DNA of 44,380 nucleotides from a virus (Duplodnaviria > Caudoviricetes). The stretch lies in IMG/VR virus record IMGVR_UViG_3300027419_000008, positions 1-44,380 of that record, one strand, 5' to 3'. The notes below the pieces were generated by a model that saw only the letters and a program-made list of their open reading frames with translations, was not told the origin of the DNA and did no database searches. Position numbers and translations under genes: made by a program. Positions 1 through 9,925 of this stretch are shown here, in pieces; within the stretch, counting starts at the first letter, position 1; every line of letters starts with the position of its first letter.

Positions 1-79
1 CGGAGGGTCTATCAAGGCCGGAGGGTCTATCAAGGCCGGAGGGTATATCAAGGCCGGAGGGTATATCAAGGCCGGAGAG
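1..79. repeat. Terminal direct repeat identical to 44302-44380 (circular-assembly overlap)
   Basis: Base-by-base identity of the first and last 79 nt. 79 is a common assembler k-mer. Implied unit genome is 44301 bp. Confidence 0.92.
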
Positions 80-388
80 TCTATCAAGGCCGGAGAGTAT
101 ATCAAGGCCGGAAGGTATATTTTTAGTTTTACTTTTTCCGTTAAATGCACATTTTTTGCAACAAAAAGGTTGCCGTTTTGGCGAGAGTACTATGCTGATA
201 TGCCGCCTTTAAAAAAATATCGAGAGCATCTGCTTGATGAATCAAAATGTTGGAATTTTTACCAACAACTTGACAAAAAAGAAGCCAAAGAAATATGCAA
301 GTGGGACGGTTGGCACTGGCTAATACGTGCGCAATTAGAGATGTTTTTTGGCCTCAAGAAAAAACACATTATGCCGAAAGCAAAATAA
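1..388 (+). CDS. 3' part of junction-spanning hexapeptide-repeat protein (starts at 44048; about 213 aa after removing the overlap)
   Basis: The frame from position 2 reads GGSIKAGGSIKAGGYIKAG...GRYIFSFTF and continues in frame into ORF 170..388. Confidence 0.85.
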   Translation, partial: GGSIKAGGSIKAGGYIKAGGYIKAGESIKAGEYIKAGRYIFSFTFSVKCTFFATKRLPFWREYYADMPPLKKYREHLLDESKCWNFYQQLDKKEAKEICKWDGWHWLIRAQLEMFFGLKKKHIMPKAK

Positions 389-423
389 ACTTTAAAATTT
401 TAATAAAAATCTTATTTTCCCTA

Positions 424-451
424 TTGACACAACTTTTTAAAATGGTATAAT
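424..451 (+). promoter_or_regulatory. sigma70-type promoter
   Basis: TTGACA (424-429), 16-nt spacer with TG extension, TATAAT (446-451). Confidence 0.8.
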
Positions 452-458
452 GTGAGCT

Positions 459-638
459 ATGAAAAAGAAAAAAAGAAAAGAAACAAAAGCAAGAAATGTA
501 TATCGTTCAAAATTTCGCAAGCAATACGGAGAAACGATAGAAGAATTAACTGTTACGCTCGATACGAGTAGAGCCACTATACAGAAATTACACTGGACAG
601 GCGAACTTCAAAACGAAATAGACAAAATGAAAGGGTAG
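459..638 (+). CDS. Small basic HTH-like DNA-binding protein (Cro/Xis-like), 59 aa, missing from the ORF track
   Basis: MKKKKRKETKARNVYRSKFRKQYGETIEELTVTLDTSRATIQKLHWTGEL... HTH-like pattern, directly after the promoter. Confidence 0.55.
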   Translation: MKKKKRKETKARNVYRSKFRKQYGETIEELTVTLDTSRATIQKLHWTGELQNEIDKMKG

Positions 639-642
639 AAAA

Positions 643-864
643 ATGAGAGTTAAAAAAGGGTTTACTTTAGTAGAATTGATTATGGTTTGTTTTTGGCTCA
701 TAATGGCGATGGGGTTAGTAGGCTATATCACAAACATAGTCAAATTTTGCCATTGTGATTTCAAGGCACCTGTTAAGGCAGAAGTTTGCCGAGGCATAGG
801 AATATTAATGCCTCCGGTTGGTGCTGTCGAGGGCTTTATAACTATTAAAGACGGTACGAAATGA
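643..864 (+). CDS. Small membrane protein with a type IV prepilin-like N-terminal cleavage/methylation motif
   Basis: MRVKKG|FTLVELI followed by a hydrophobic helix, then a second hydrophobic segment GIGILMPPVGAV. Confidence 0.75.
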   Translation: MRVKKGFTLVELIMVCFWLIMAMGLVGYITNIVKFCHCDFKAPVKAEVCRGIGILMPPVGAVEGFITIKDGTK

Positions 865-1049
865 AACATTTTCTCATCCTCCCACACAGGGGCGGTTTAC
901 TCCTCTACCGCCCCGCTCTTTGAGATAGAAATAATGGCAATCAATGGCAACGCTTGAGTTAAGTGGCCGGTCTGAAAAGGTTATACAGTAGGCACATTAT
1001 GGCCAAAGCAAAATCCTACTCTAAGTTTTTCCTCCAGATAGTTTATTTT

Positions 1050-1169
1050 GCGGCAGTGGAGTAGCAAAAAACCGTACCAAAAGACGTTTTGGTAAATAAG
1101 GGTGGAAATGGCTCATCAACGCTTCGGTTGGCGTTTACTTTTATGCAGGTTCAAGTCCTGCCTGCCGCT
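1050..1169 (+). ncRNA. tRNA-like RNA / remodelled tRNA with expanded central region
   Basis: Acceptor stem GCGGCAG/CTGCCGC, perfect T-arm GCAGG-TTCAAGT-CCTGC, TGGAGTAGC after the acceptor. It is about 120 nt long, has an extra hairpin, has no canonical 7-nt anticodon loop and has no encoded CCA. Confidence 0.65.
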
Positions 1170-1173
1170 TTAG

Positions 1174-1290
1174 CGTATTAAGGACGTTGAAAAGCACAAA
1201 AAGAGATGTAAGGAATATTGTGAAATAGCAAGAATACGAATCGAACAAGAAAAAGCTAAAAATGGTTTATTTAATGGAGTGGTGTGTTAA
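1174..1290 (+). pseudogene. Start-less remnant resembling the C-terminus of an N4/N6 DNA methyltransferase
   Basis: Reads KEYCEIARIRIEQEKAKNGLF, the typical EYCEIAxxRI...LF MTase tail. There is no ATG after the TAG at 1171. Confidence 0.45.
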
Positions 1291-1548
1291 GTGATTCAAT
1301 ACCTATTTAATTTATGGAGAAAGCCAGTGGAAAAGAAAACGGTAAAACAAACCGCTATTCAACAATATTTTTTAGAAGGCAATAGCTTAACTGTGCTTAA
1401 ATGTATAAGGTTGTTTCATACAACTGAATTGCGCAAAGATGTTTGTAGGATGAACAAAAAACTTATTAAACTAAATTATGACTTACAAGTAGTAGGCAGA
1501 TACCTTGACAATGATGATTTTAAAACTTATAAAGTAGAAAGATTATAA
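1291..1548 (+). CDS. Phage winged-HTH domain protein
   Basis: QYFLEGNSLTVLKCIRLFHTTELRKDVCRM matches the common phage wHTH pattern. Confidence 0.55.
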   Translation: MIQYLFNLWRKPVEKKTVKQTAIQQYFLEGNSLTVLKCIRLFHTTELRKDVCRMNKKLIKLNYDLQVVGRYLDNDDFKTYKVERL

Positions 1549-1609
1549 ATAAATCTTTGAAAAAATAATTTAAGTCTTGACAAAGATTAGACGATAAGAT
1601 AAAAGGTAT

Positions 1610-1704
1610 ATTGCAAACAATGATTAAGAAGCAAATTAAGCCTGCCAGAGACACATCGAACGACACGCTTGTCGGTCATTGTTTGCAACTTTGGCGGGTT
1701 TTTT
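1610..1704 (+). promoter_or_regulatory. Attenuator-like leader: intrinsic terminator with a competing anti-terminator pairing
   Basis: TTGACA at 1577. TTGCAAACAATGA (1611-1623) is complementary to TCATTGTTTGCAA (1676-1688). Terminator stem CCTGCCAGAG/CTTTGGCGGG followed by a T-run. Confidence 0.6.
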
Positions 1705-1717
1705 ATTGGAATAAATT

Positions 1718-2167
1718 ATGAAACGCATAAAATTTCCACATCACAAAATAGTTTTAATTGACGATGAAGATTTGCACTATTTTAAACATCAAAAATGGAC
1801 TGTGATGAAATCTAATTATCTTGAGTGTTCTGTCGGTAGCGTTCGTATATTATTTCATCGGTTAATAATGAACGCCCCCGAAGGGTCTGACATTGACCAC
1901 ATTAATCATAATATACTCGATAATAGAAAATGCAATCTACGGATTTGTAGCACACAACAAAATTTACAAAATAGTCACAAACGCAAAGATAATACCTCAC
2001 GATATAAGGGTGTGTGTAAGAGTGGAAAAAAATGGAGTGCAACGATACAAATAAACGGTAAACGTAAAAATTTAGGTACTTTTGAAAGCCCAAAATTTGC
2101 AGCAATCGCCTATAATCTTGCGGCTAAAAAGTATTTTAAAGAATTCGCATATTTAAATAAAATTTGA
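1718..2167 (+). CDS. HNH endonuclease with AP2 DNA-binding domain (homing endonuclease type)
   Basis: HRLIM...DHINHNILDNRKCNLR HNH motif, then SRYKGV..W.ATI..NGKRKNLGTF...AAIAYN AP2 domain. Confidence 0.92.
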   Translation: MKRIKFPHHKIVLIDDEDLHYFKHQKWTVMKSNYLECSVGSVRILFHRLIMNAPEGSDIDHINHNILDNRKCNLRICSTQQNLQNSHKRKDNTSRYKGVCKSGKKWSATIQINGKRKNLGTFESPKFAAIAYNLAAKKYFKEFAYLNKI

Positions 2168-2207
2168 GCAACAGATTTTGACCGGCTTTATTTTTGGAGA
2201 TTCAATA

Positions 2208-5131
2208 ATGTTCAAAAGACCAGTACAAGATTTTATATCGCATACGCAAGCGGCAGTGGCGTACCATTGCGACGAGTTAGAGGAGGGTGATATATTTTCA
2301 GTTAATGGAGAGTATCACAAAATTAAGACGCAAGAAGAGTGTGCTTGTGAAAAATGCGGACATATAAACCCGTGTGATTTTTGTGTACATATAAGCGAAG
2401 ATGAAATACCAAAGGATAACAATAATGGCAAAGAAAGCTAAAAAGAAACCAGTTAAAACATTATCGTGTGTTGGGTGTGAACACGAAGGAATCGGATTTT
2501 GCTGGACGCCGTGTTGTAATTGTATCAGACATTTTTCAGCACCAGATTTATATCACAAAAAAGAGGCCGCAAAATGAAAAAGATAATAGAAAAATTAGAA
2601 GGTTTAAAAGTCGCAGCGTCTTTAACACAAAGCGGGATTAGTCCTGTTGCAGTTCAAGCTGTTATTGACGACCTAAAGGCTTACGATGATAAAGTTCAAG
2701 GCATTATTAAATCAACAGAAGCTATGATTGAATTTGAAAGGAGAAACAAATGAAAACAATATTAATAGTACTGTCTAATATTTTGATGATAGGTGCTACC
2801 GTATCAATAATAAGGCACGAATTAGATTGGGCTACATTACTCGGTGTCTTATCAATAATGGGTACAATACGTGCAGAGGTAATTAAATGACACCCGAAGA
2901 AATACAGGCCGAGCGTGAAGATGAATGGCGAAAAGAAGATAAAGAGTTTTATGGTAAGGATTCAACGAAAATGATTTACTGTATAGAAAAACTTATTATA
3001 GTTGAGCAAAAAGTAGAAATAGAAGCGGATAGTAAGGATGAGGCTACGCAGATTGCACAAGAGCAAGAGCCTGAAATTTCTGGCAAGATGTATTATTACG
3101 ACAATTTTCAACCTAATAATTGGAAAGTGAGTGTAAAATGAACGAAAAACTTAATATAGTGTTTTATAATGACGGCACTTTTAGAGTTGCAGATAGCTTA
3201 TTGGCAAGAGATTTGCAAAATGACCCAAATTGGTTGTCAACTATTAGGTTGGATATACTGGTTTCTGCCATACAAGATTATGATAAAGATAAAAAAGTGG
3301 GAATGTACGGTGAAACGCCACAAATTATAATTGGGCGATTGACTATTTCAGAAATGAATATTCCTGCCGGCGAAAGTGTGTGGATTGAACACGAAAGCGG
3401 GGAAGGTGGTGAATTTCGTAAAGACCTTTTAGAACCAGTATTGCAGAAATTTTATGATGAAAATTTTTGATAATTTGAGAGGTGTATAAATATGGGAAAT
3501 ATGAGTTATTGCAGATTTGAAAACACAGCAAAAGACTTGCAAGATTGTTACGAGAATATGGAAGGCGATTTAAGTAAGTCTGAAAAATACTGGTATGATG
3601 AATTAATCAAGTTATGCGTAAATATAGCTTGTGATTTTGGAAACTGTACAGAAGATGAATAATTCGAGAGGTGTATAATGGACGATAACACAATAGATAC
3701 AATAAATTATTTAGATAGCCTCCAATCCTATTCCGAACAGGCGGATGCAAAAATCAACAAGCTTGAATCCGACAACGCAGCGATGCTGAAAGTATTGAAA
3801 CTTACAGAATTATATTTTGACCATAAGCACCAATTAAATCCGTTAGAGGGCAACTTATTGGTTGATATTAAACAGACCATTTCACAAGTAGAAAGCGAGA
3901 AATAAAAAATGAAACTGATATTAGATATAAGAAAAAATAACATACCCAAATTACTAATACTTATTCGCAAGGGGATTTTGGCAGAACGAGATTATATGGA
4001 TGATTTACGAACGAATAGGGCAATGGCGAATAAATGCAATTCAAGAATTGACACCGGTCAAATGGCTATAAACCAAATAGAAAGCAGGTTATAAAAATGA
4101 CCCAATCAGAAATAGAACAGAAAATTAAGGTCGCAGGCATTGACTTGCAGAACAATGCTAAAGTAATTGCGGAAATAATGGCAAGGCAGAAATCTCCGTC
4201 TTTGAGACTAAATACGTATAATTACGCTACTGGTTTTGAGGCAAATTATACTTCTGGTTTTTTCCCTGACGGTAACCATTCAAATGCCAAAGACCATAAA
4301 ACCATAAAAGAAGCTATATCGTATTTATTGGGAATAAATGCCAGTGCATTTACGTCTCAAGAAGCGGAAGCAATACTTGAATGTGTAGTTATGTGTGAAC
4401 CGGAACAGATGGAAAGAGTGGTAACGATTTAACTTGAAGAAATTTTAAAACTTATAAGAAAGGGACAAAAAATGAGTATTTATTGTAATGAAGCAAACGA
4501 AACTTTTGACAATGTACACGATGCGGGTTGTTTTGATTGTGGAAACCAATGTAGCAGATTTTTAGATTTAGCAAAAAGCAACAAAGTAGTTGACGAAAAA
4601 ATTATGAAGATGCGAGATTCGGAACTTGCCAAAGAGGTAAGGGCGAAGCTGTCGTCCTTGCTTAATATCGACTCTGAAAAATTAGATATTATAGTCGATG
4701 GTCTTACCAATAGTACGTTACAAACGGTCAAAAATACAATAAAAACCTATCTTGGCCAGGCAGTTGAAAATGCTACTGTAAAACATCTTGATAGTAAAAT
4801 CAAAGAACTTACCGATTCCTGCTTTGCTAAAGTCATTGAAGAAAAAATTATCTTTATCCAAAGCAATGAAAAAGTTTTTATGGACACAATTATGAAGCGT
4901 ATTACAGAAAAATTAAGCGAAACTTTCAAGGATTCGCGTGGCGGAAGATATTCAGAAAATCTGGACGAGGCCGTGAGGCGTTGTGTCGATGAAAAAGTGA
5001 AAACAGCATTGGACGAACTCATAAAAGAGACGCAAGAAAAATTTAGCAAGGAAGCTATGAAAAAAATGATGCAGGGAATGGCCGTAGCTTTAGGGCAAGA
5101 CAAAAAACTGTTGACATTACTTACGAGTTAA
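2208..5131 (+). other. Array of small hypothetical early genes (several Cys-rich, one membrane, one coiled-coil 4472..5131)
   Basis: Tightly packed co-oriented ORFs with SD sites and overlapping stop/start codons. No recognisable family. Confidence 0.7.
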
Positions 5132-5329
5132 AACTTAAAGAAATTTTAGGAGTAAAAAATGAAAGTTGACTTAACAATTTATCTATGTCCAGATTACTTT
5201 GTGCCGGTAAGCACTAAAGAGGATGATTGTTATGGATACGTAGAAATTAAGGTAACTTGCCCTAAATGTAAAAAAACATTTGGCAGCAAATACAAATTAG
5301 TTCAAGTAACGCAAGAAACGGAGTAAAGA

Positions 5330-5947
5330 ATGAAAATAATAGAATGTACGCAAGGTACGCCGGAATGGAATATGGCGAGAATAGGAATGATAACGGCGAG
5401 CCGATTTGATGATGTAAAGGCATTAAATAAAACAAGGGATGGCTACGGCAATACACGATACGACTATATGCTACAACTTAAGGCTGAACGCAGGTTCAAC
5501 CGACTAATGCCAAATAAGCGTACTACTGCCGCAATGGAAAGAGGTACGCAACTTGAGGCCGAGGCAAGAGAAAAGTACGAGGCCGATTACGAGGTAGAAG
5601 TGCAACAAGTTGGATTTATTGCACTCGATGACTGGATTGGATGTAGTCCTGATGGTTTAATAGGCGAGGATGGGTTACTTGAAATCAAATGTCCCCTCGA
5701 AACCACGTTTATAAAACACGAGGAAACCGGATTTTTAGTAGGAGACTATAAATATCAAACACAGGGACAATTATGGGTATCAGGCCGACAGTGGTGCGAT
5801 TTTGAAGTATATTGTCAGGGCGAAAAGCCTATTGTAACACGTCTTTATAGAAACGAGGAATATATCAAAATGCTCGAAACAGAAGTAAACAAATTCAAAG
5901 AAGAATTACAGAAATATATCGAAAACTATCAGAAAGCAGGGTTTTAA
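5330..5947 (+). CDS. YqaJ / lambda-exonuclease family recombination nuclease
   Basis: QGTPEW..R.G.ITASR, AMERG..LE..AR, CSPDGL, LEIKCP, YQTQGQLWV...CDF motifs. Confidence 0.93.
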   Translation: MKIIECTQGTPEWNMARIGMITASRFDDVKALNKTRDGYGNTRYDYMLQLKAERRFNRLMPNKRTTAAMERGTQLEAEAREKYEADYEVEVQQVGFIALDDWIGCSPDGLIGEDGLLEIKCPLETTFIKHEETGFLVGDYKYQTQGQLWVSGRQWCDFEVYCQGEKPIVTRLYRNEEYIKMLETEVNKFKEELQKYIENYQKAGF

Positions 5948-5948
5948 A

Positions 5949-6722
5949 ATGGAAGCAGTTTCAGAAAAACCAAAAGACGCAAAAGAGCAAGTTAAAAAAG
6001 ACGAAAAACCTAAAGAGAATCCCAACCTATCAATATGGAATAAAGTTTGTAGGCCGCCAACAATAGCCCTTAAACAAATCAAAGGCGGCAGATTGTCTGG
6101 TATGACGGACGTGAATCCGCAATGGCGCATCAAGGCAATGACGGAACAGTTTGGGCTTATTGGTTTTGGATGGAAATATGATATTATTGAAAAATGGAAC
6201 GAAACATTAGATGGGCAAGTAGCCTGTTTTGTCAAGATAGCCTTGTTTTATAAAGTTGAAGAGAAATGGAGCGAACCGGTAATCGGCATTGGCGGGTCTA
6301 TGCTTTTGACCAGAGAAAGCAAGGGGCTGTATTTATCTGACGAGGGCTACAAAATGGCCTTAACAGACGCTATTAGCGTAGCTGTTAAACATATCGGAGT
6401 TGCGGCAGATATTTATGCCGGTCTTTGGGATGGTTGGAAATATAAAGACGAACCGGACAAGCCGGAAAAACCTGAAATGACAGACGAAGAAAAAAAGACT
6501 ATTGATGAAATTTATAAACGACTGATTGACATAGCAAGCGAAAAGAATCTTATTCCCGATAGGGCAAGCATAAAGAATCTTGCAATAGCCAAAGCGAAAA
6601 GATTGCCAAATACGCCTGATGAAATCACTAAATTTGTAGATTTTATAGTCGAAGCAAATACGCCTGAAAAGGAACGAAAAAACTTTTTGGGGCAGGTCTG
6701 CAAGCCTACACCTAAGAAATGA
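5949..6722 (+). CDS. Rad52/Sak-like single-strand annealing protein
   Basis: GMTDVNPQWRIKAMTEQFG..GFGW, GIGG, DEGYKMALTDAISVA.K.IGVAADIY. Sits between the exonuclease and SSB. Confidence 0.75.
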   Translation: MEAVSEKPKDAKEQVKKDEKPKENPNLSIWNKVCRPPTIALKQIKGGRLSGMTDVNPQWRIKAMTEQFGLIGFGWKYDIIEKWNETLDGQVACFVKIALFYKVEEKWSEPVIGIGGSMLLTRESKGLYLSDEGYKMALTDAISVAVKHIGVAADIYAGLWDGWKYKDEPDKPEKPEMTDEEKKTIDEIYKRLIDIASEKNLIPDRASIKNLAIAKAKRLPNTPDEITKFVDFIVEANTPEKERKNFLGQVCKPTPKK

Positions 6723-6926
6723 GCCATCAAGACGTAATTAAAAGAATGGCGGATTCTGGTAGTGAGTTCGCCAGAGAATTGTTAAGGCGTAAAATGGAAC
6801 GCCTGAAACCGGATGTTAAACCAGAACCGAAACCAGAAGTACGCAGCGATGAAGATATAATAGACGATATAACCACGCCGATTGACGAATTTTTCGCAGC
6901 GGCAACAAGATTTGAAAGGAAAAAAG

Positions 6927-7319
6927 ATGAATTACAATAAAGTCCTATTGGCAGGAAATTTAACCAGAGATGTTTCTCTGTCGTACTTGCCTTCACAAAC
7001 CGCCGTAGCAGAATTTGGATTAGCAATCAACAGAAACTACACTGTTAATAATGAGAAAAAACAAGAAGTGTGTTTTGTAGATTGCAAAGCTTTCGGGAAA
7101 CCCGCTGAAACATTAGGGAAATACTGCAAAAAGGGCAACCCGCTTTTTGTTTCCGGCAGATTAACTTTTGACAGTTGGACAAATAAAGACGGACAGAAGT
7201 GTAGCAAATTAAGGGTTACTGTTGAAGAATTTCAGTTTATCGGCGGTAAGGCCGAAACTGCCGGAACGAATGTAAACGAAACGCCTGAACAATCTGGCGG
7301 TCAGGACATCCCTTATTAG
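6927..7319 (+). CDS. ssb: Single-stranded DNA-binding protein
   Basis: MNYNKVLLAGNLTRD OB-fold and acidic C-tail ending DIPY. The ATG at 6927 has an SD (GAAAGG). Confidence 0.95.
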   Translation: MNYNKVLLAGNLTRDVSLSYLPSQTAVAEFGLAINRNYTVNNEKKQEVCFVDCKAFGKPAETLGKYCKKGNPLFVSGRLTFDSWTNKDGQKCSKLRVTVEEFQFIGGKAETAGTNVNETPEQSGGQDIPY

Positions 7320-7577
7320 TTAAGACATATTCAATTTAGATAAAGGAATAGAAAAATGACAAAACCAGAAATAATTCAAGTGTTTGTAGTTTTAAGAAAG
7401 GCTTAATATGGCAGACTGGAAAGTGAAAATTGATTATCATATTTGCCCTTGCAGGGTGATAGATACAGAATTTATTAAGAAAAGTTGCGAGATATTAGAA
7501 AATGAAAAATTCTTAAATCCTAATATTGATTCCGAATGTACTAAAGAAAATTGTCCTTTAAAAGTTGAGGAATAAAT

Positions 7578-7988
7578 ATGTTATACCCAGTAAGGCAAAT
7601 TATTGACAATATGCCTACCTTTGACAAGCCGATAGAATCTATTTTAGCAGGCCTGAAAACAGGTGGCGCGTTGCAGGTTCTTGACGCTGAAGAGTATATT
7701 ACCGAACAGCAAAGACGTTGGGTCAAAGGCGTATTGCTCCCTGCATTAGCTAAAGATACAGGCGATAGTAAAGAATATTGGGAAACAAAACTTAAACTTG
7801 CTGTTATGCCCGACAGATTTAAACCGTTTTATATACCGATGGGCAAACAGGTTTTCCCAGTTATTCCGTCAATTACAATCCTATCTAAAAACCAGATGGG
7901 CGAGTTTATTGAGGGTTCAGTTGCAAAGTGCCACGAGTGGGGCATTTTGTGGGTAACATTACCAGATAAAGAATTGAGAAAAAAATAA
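7578..7988 (+). CDS. NinB/Orf-like recombination accessory protein
   Basis: TEQQRRW.KG and SITILSKNQM.EFIE pattern; position after ssb. Confidence 0.5.
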   Translation: MLYPVRQIIDNMPTFDKPIESILAGLKTGGALQVLDAEEYITEQQRRWVKGVLLPALAKDTGDSKEYWETKLKLAVMPDRFKPFYIPMGKQVFPVIPSITILSKNQMGEFIEGSVAKCHEWGILWVTLPDKELRKK

Positions 7989-8277
7989 AAATTGGAGATT
8001 GAAAAAATGATATTGCACGTTGAAATAAATGAGCGTACAAACGAATATGAATGCCCAGAACAAAGTATTTTTGAGGTACGAACTCGAATAGAAATAGATG
8101 GCAAACAGAATCTTGGATTGCTTGAGAGTTATTCAACTACCGTATTTAAATCAAAATTTGATGTTATATGGGAATATATGGGCAAGCAAATCAAAGAAAA
8201 ATTAATAGACAAAGAAACCATTGGGGGGGGGCAACCTACCCGATGTGCAGAATAAACGGAAAGTGGAAAGGTGAAAA

Positions 8278-8619
8278 ATGAAAGTTGATTTAACTAAAAA
8301 AATGAGAGGCAAATATACAGTTAGCTTCGTGCCAGACTTTATTTAAAAGGAGTTTAGAGAAAGAAAGTTCTTTCGGGAGAAACTATTGTTGATAAGAAAA
8401 AGGTCATTGGCATTCGCAAGGGCAAAAATTGTATTGCAATAATATATTATCATATCTGTAAAGAATATGTTGTAGTTACTTTTAATCCATTGACAGTTGA
8501 GATGATGGAAATTGTTTATGGAGTTCTATCAAATATCTCTGAATATATGTGTTTAGTTGAATCTGCGGCCAAAGATAATAAAATATTACAGGTAAAACCA
8601 TTAAGGAATTTTAAATGAT
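8278..8619 (+). pseudogene. Probable degraded small gene
   Basis: SD+ATG at 8278 stops after 22 codons. Protein-like segments continue in shifted frames up to the TGA overlapping the next start. Confidence 0.35.
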
Positions 8620-9171
8620 AATTCTTGAAGCGGAAAATCACGCCACTAAAGATATTGGCTATTGTCAAGTCGAAGATGATGCCGAAATGAAAAATATTTT
8701 AATCGCAAAGGGCTTTTCGGAGTTAATTCCGTTTGAATTATATTCGGGGCATAACGAGAAACAGCAAGAAATAAGCGTTATGAAAGCAATTTTTCCACAC
8801 GCAAATATATTGTTACCAGTAAAAGGTGAAAAATGAAAAACAAAATTGATATAAAACAAATTATTAGAGAGGCCGTAAGTTGGGAGTGCACTACTGGAAA
8901 AGGTTGCGGAGAAGCATCGAGAGCGTCTTCATATACCGCCATAAGAATATTGTGTGAAAAATTAGGCTTTGAGCATTACACTCTTGATTGTAGTCCATTA
9001 GAAAATATACTCAAATTTATTGAAGGACTTAAAAATGAAACCACAAAACATTGAAGACGTTCAAAACAAAGTAATAGTTGACGCAGTGGCAAAAGACATA
9101 AAAAAGTCTATGCGAGCCGATGAATTATATAAAAGAAAACAGATTAAAAGAGAGGCTGAAAGGGCGGCAAA

Positions 9172-9753
9172 ATGAAAGAGAGACCTATTTTATTCAGTGC
9201 TGAAATGGTTCGAGCAATTCTTGACGGTCGAAAAACTATGACAAGGAGAGTAATAAAACCGCAACCTATAAGCATAAAACGGCATAGTGATTTTGGTAAA
9301 CCAAATTTAACGCCTACGGATAAAGTATTAAGTGAATATTTTTTTGCTGATTATGGTTCAATGTATAAAGCATTATATTGTCCCTACGGCAAAGTAGGCG
9401 ATAGACTATATGTCAAAGAAGATATTTTTATCCATACGTCAGGTTGGAATAATGGAACTCAAATCAGTTATCAAGCAACAAATACTCTTACAAGATTTGA
9501 TTTTGACATTGAATATAATCGTAGTTATCGACCAGCAATGCTGATGAATAAAAAATTTACTCGTATCTGGCTTGAAATAACAGGCATAAGAGTTGAGAGA
9601 GTTCAGGAAATAACGAAAGCTGACGCAAAGAAAGAGGGGGCAAAGAATATACTTGCTTTTTCTGAATTGTGGGACAAAATCAATAGCGTCAGGGGCTATG
9701 GTTGGTATAGTAACCCATTTTGTTGGTGTATTGAATTTAAGAGGATTAAATGA
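9172..9753 (+). CDS. ASCH/PUA-like phage protein
   Basis: MKERPILFSAEMVRAILDGRKTMTRR, CPYG..GDRL.V.E, RIWLEITG.RVER.Q.I, W..NP..W.IEF. Confidence 0.8.
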   Translation: MKERPILFSAEMVRAILDGRKTMTRRVIKPQPISIKRHSDFGKPNLTPTDKVLSEYFFADYGSMYKALYCPYGKVGDRLYVKEDIFIHTSGWNNGTQISYQATNTLTRFDFDIEYNRSYRPAMLMNKKFTRIWLEITGIRVERVQEITKADAKKEGAKNILAFSELWDKINSVRGYGWYSNPFCWCIEFKRIK

Positions 9754-9925
9754 GTAGGTCTTGTTGTGTCGGTTGTAGCCGTGAACATAATTGTAATATT
9801 GTCTGCTCCAGATTTTTGCAGTATCAACTTGACGGCGTGGACGAAGATGAACAGCCTATATTAACATCCAAAGAAAAGAAGATGTATAAGTTTGATGCTT
9901 ATGGTAAATATAGAAGGGTGAAAAA

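Noticed and set aside
170-388. Stand-alone 72-aa gene
   Set aside because: The frame is open upstream through the junction to the ATG at 44048.
1050-1169. tmRNA or selenocysteine tRNA
   Set aside because: Too short for tmRNA and lacks the G3-U70 pair and tag ORF. There is no UCA anticodon loop or extended acceptor stem.
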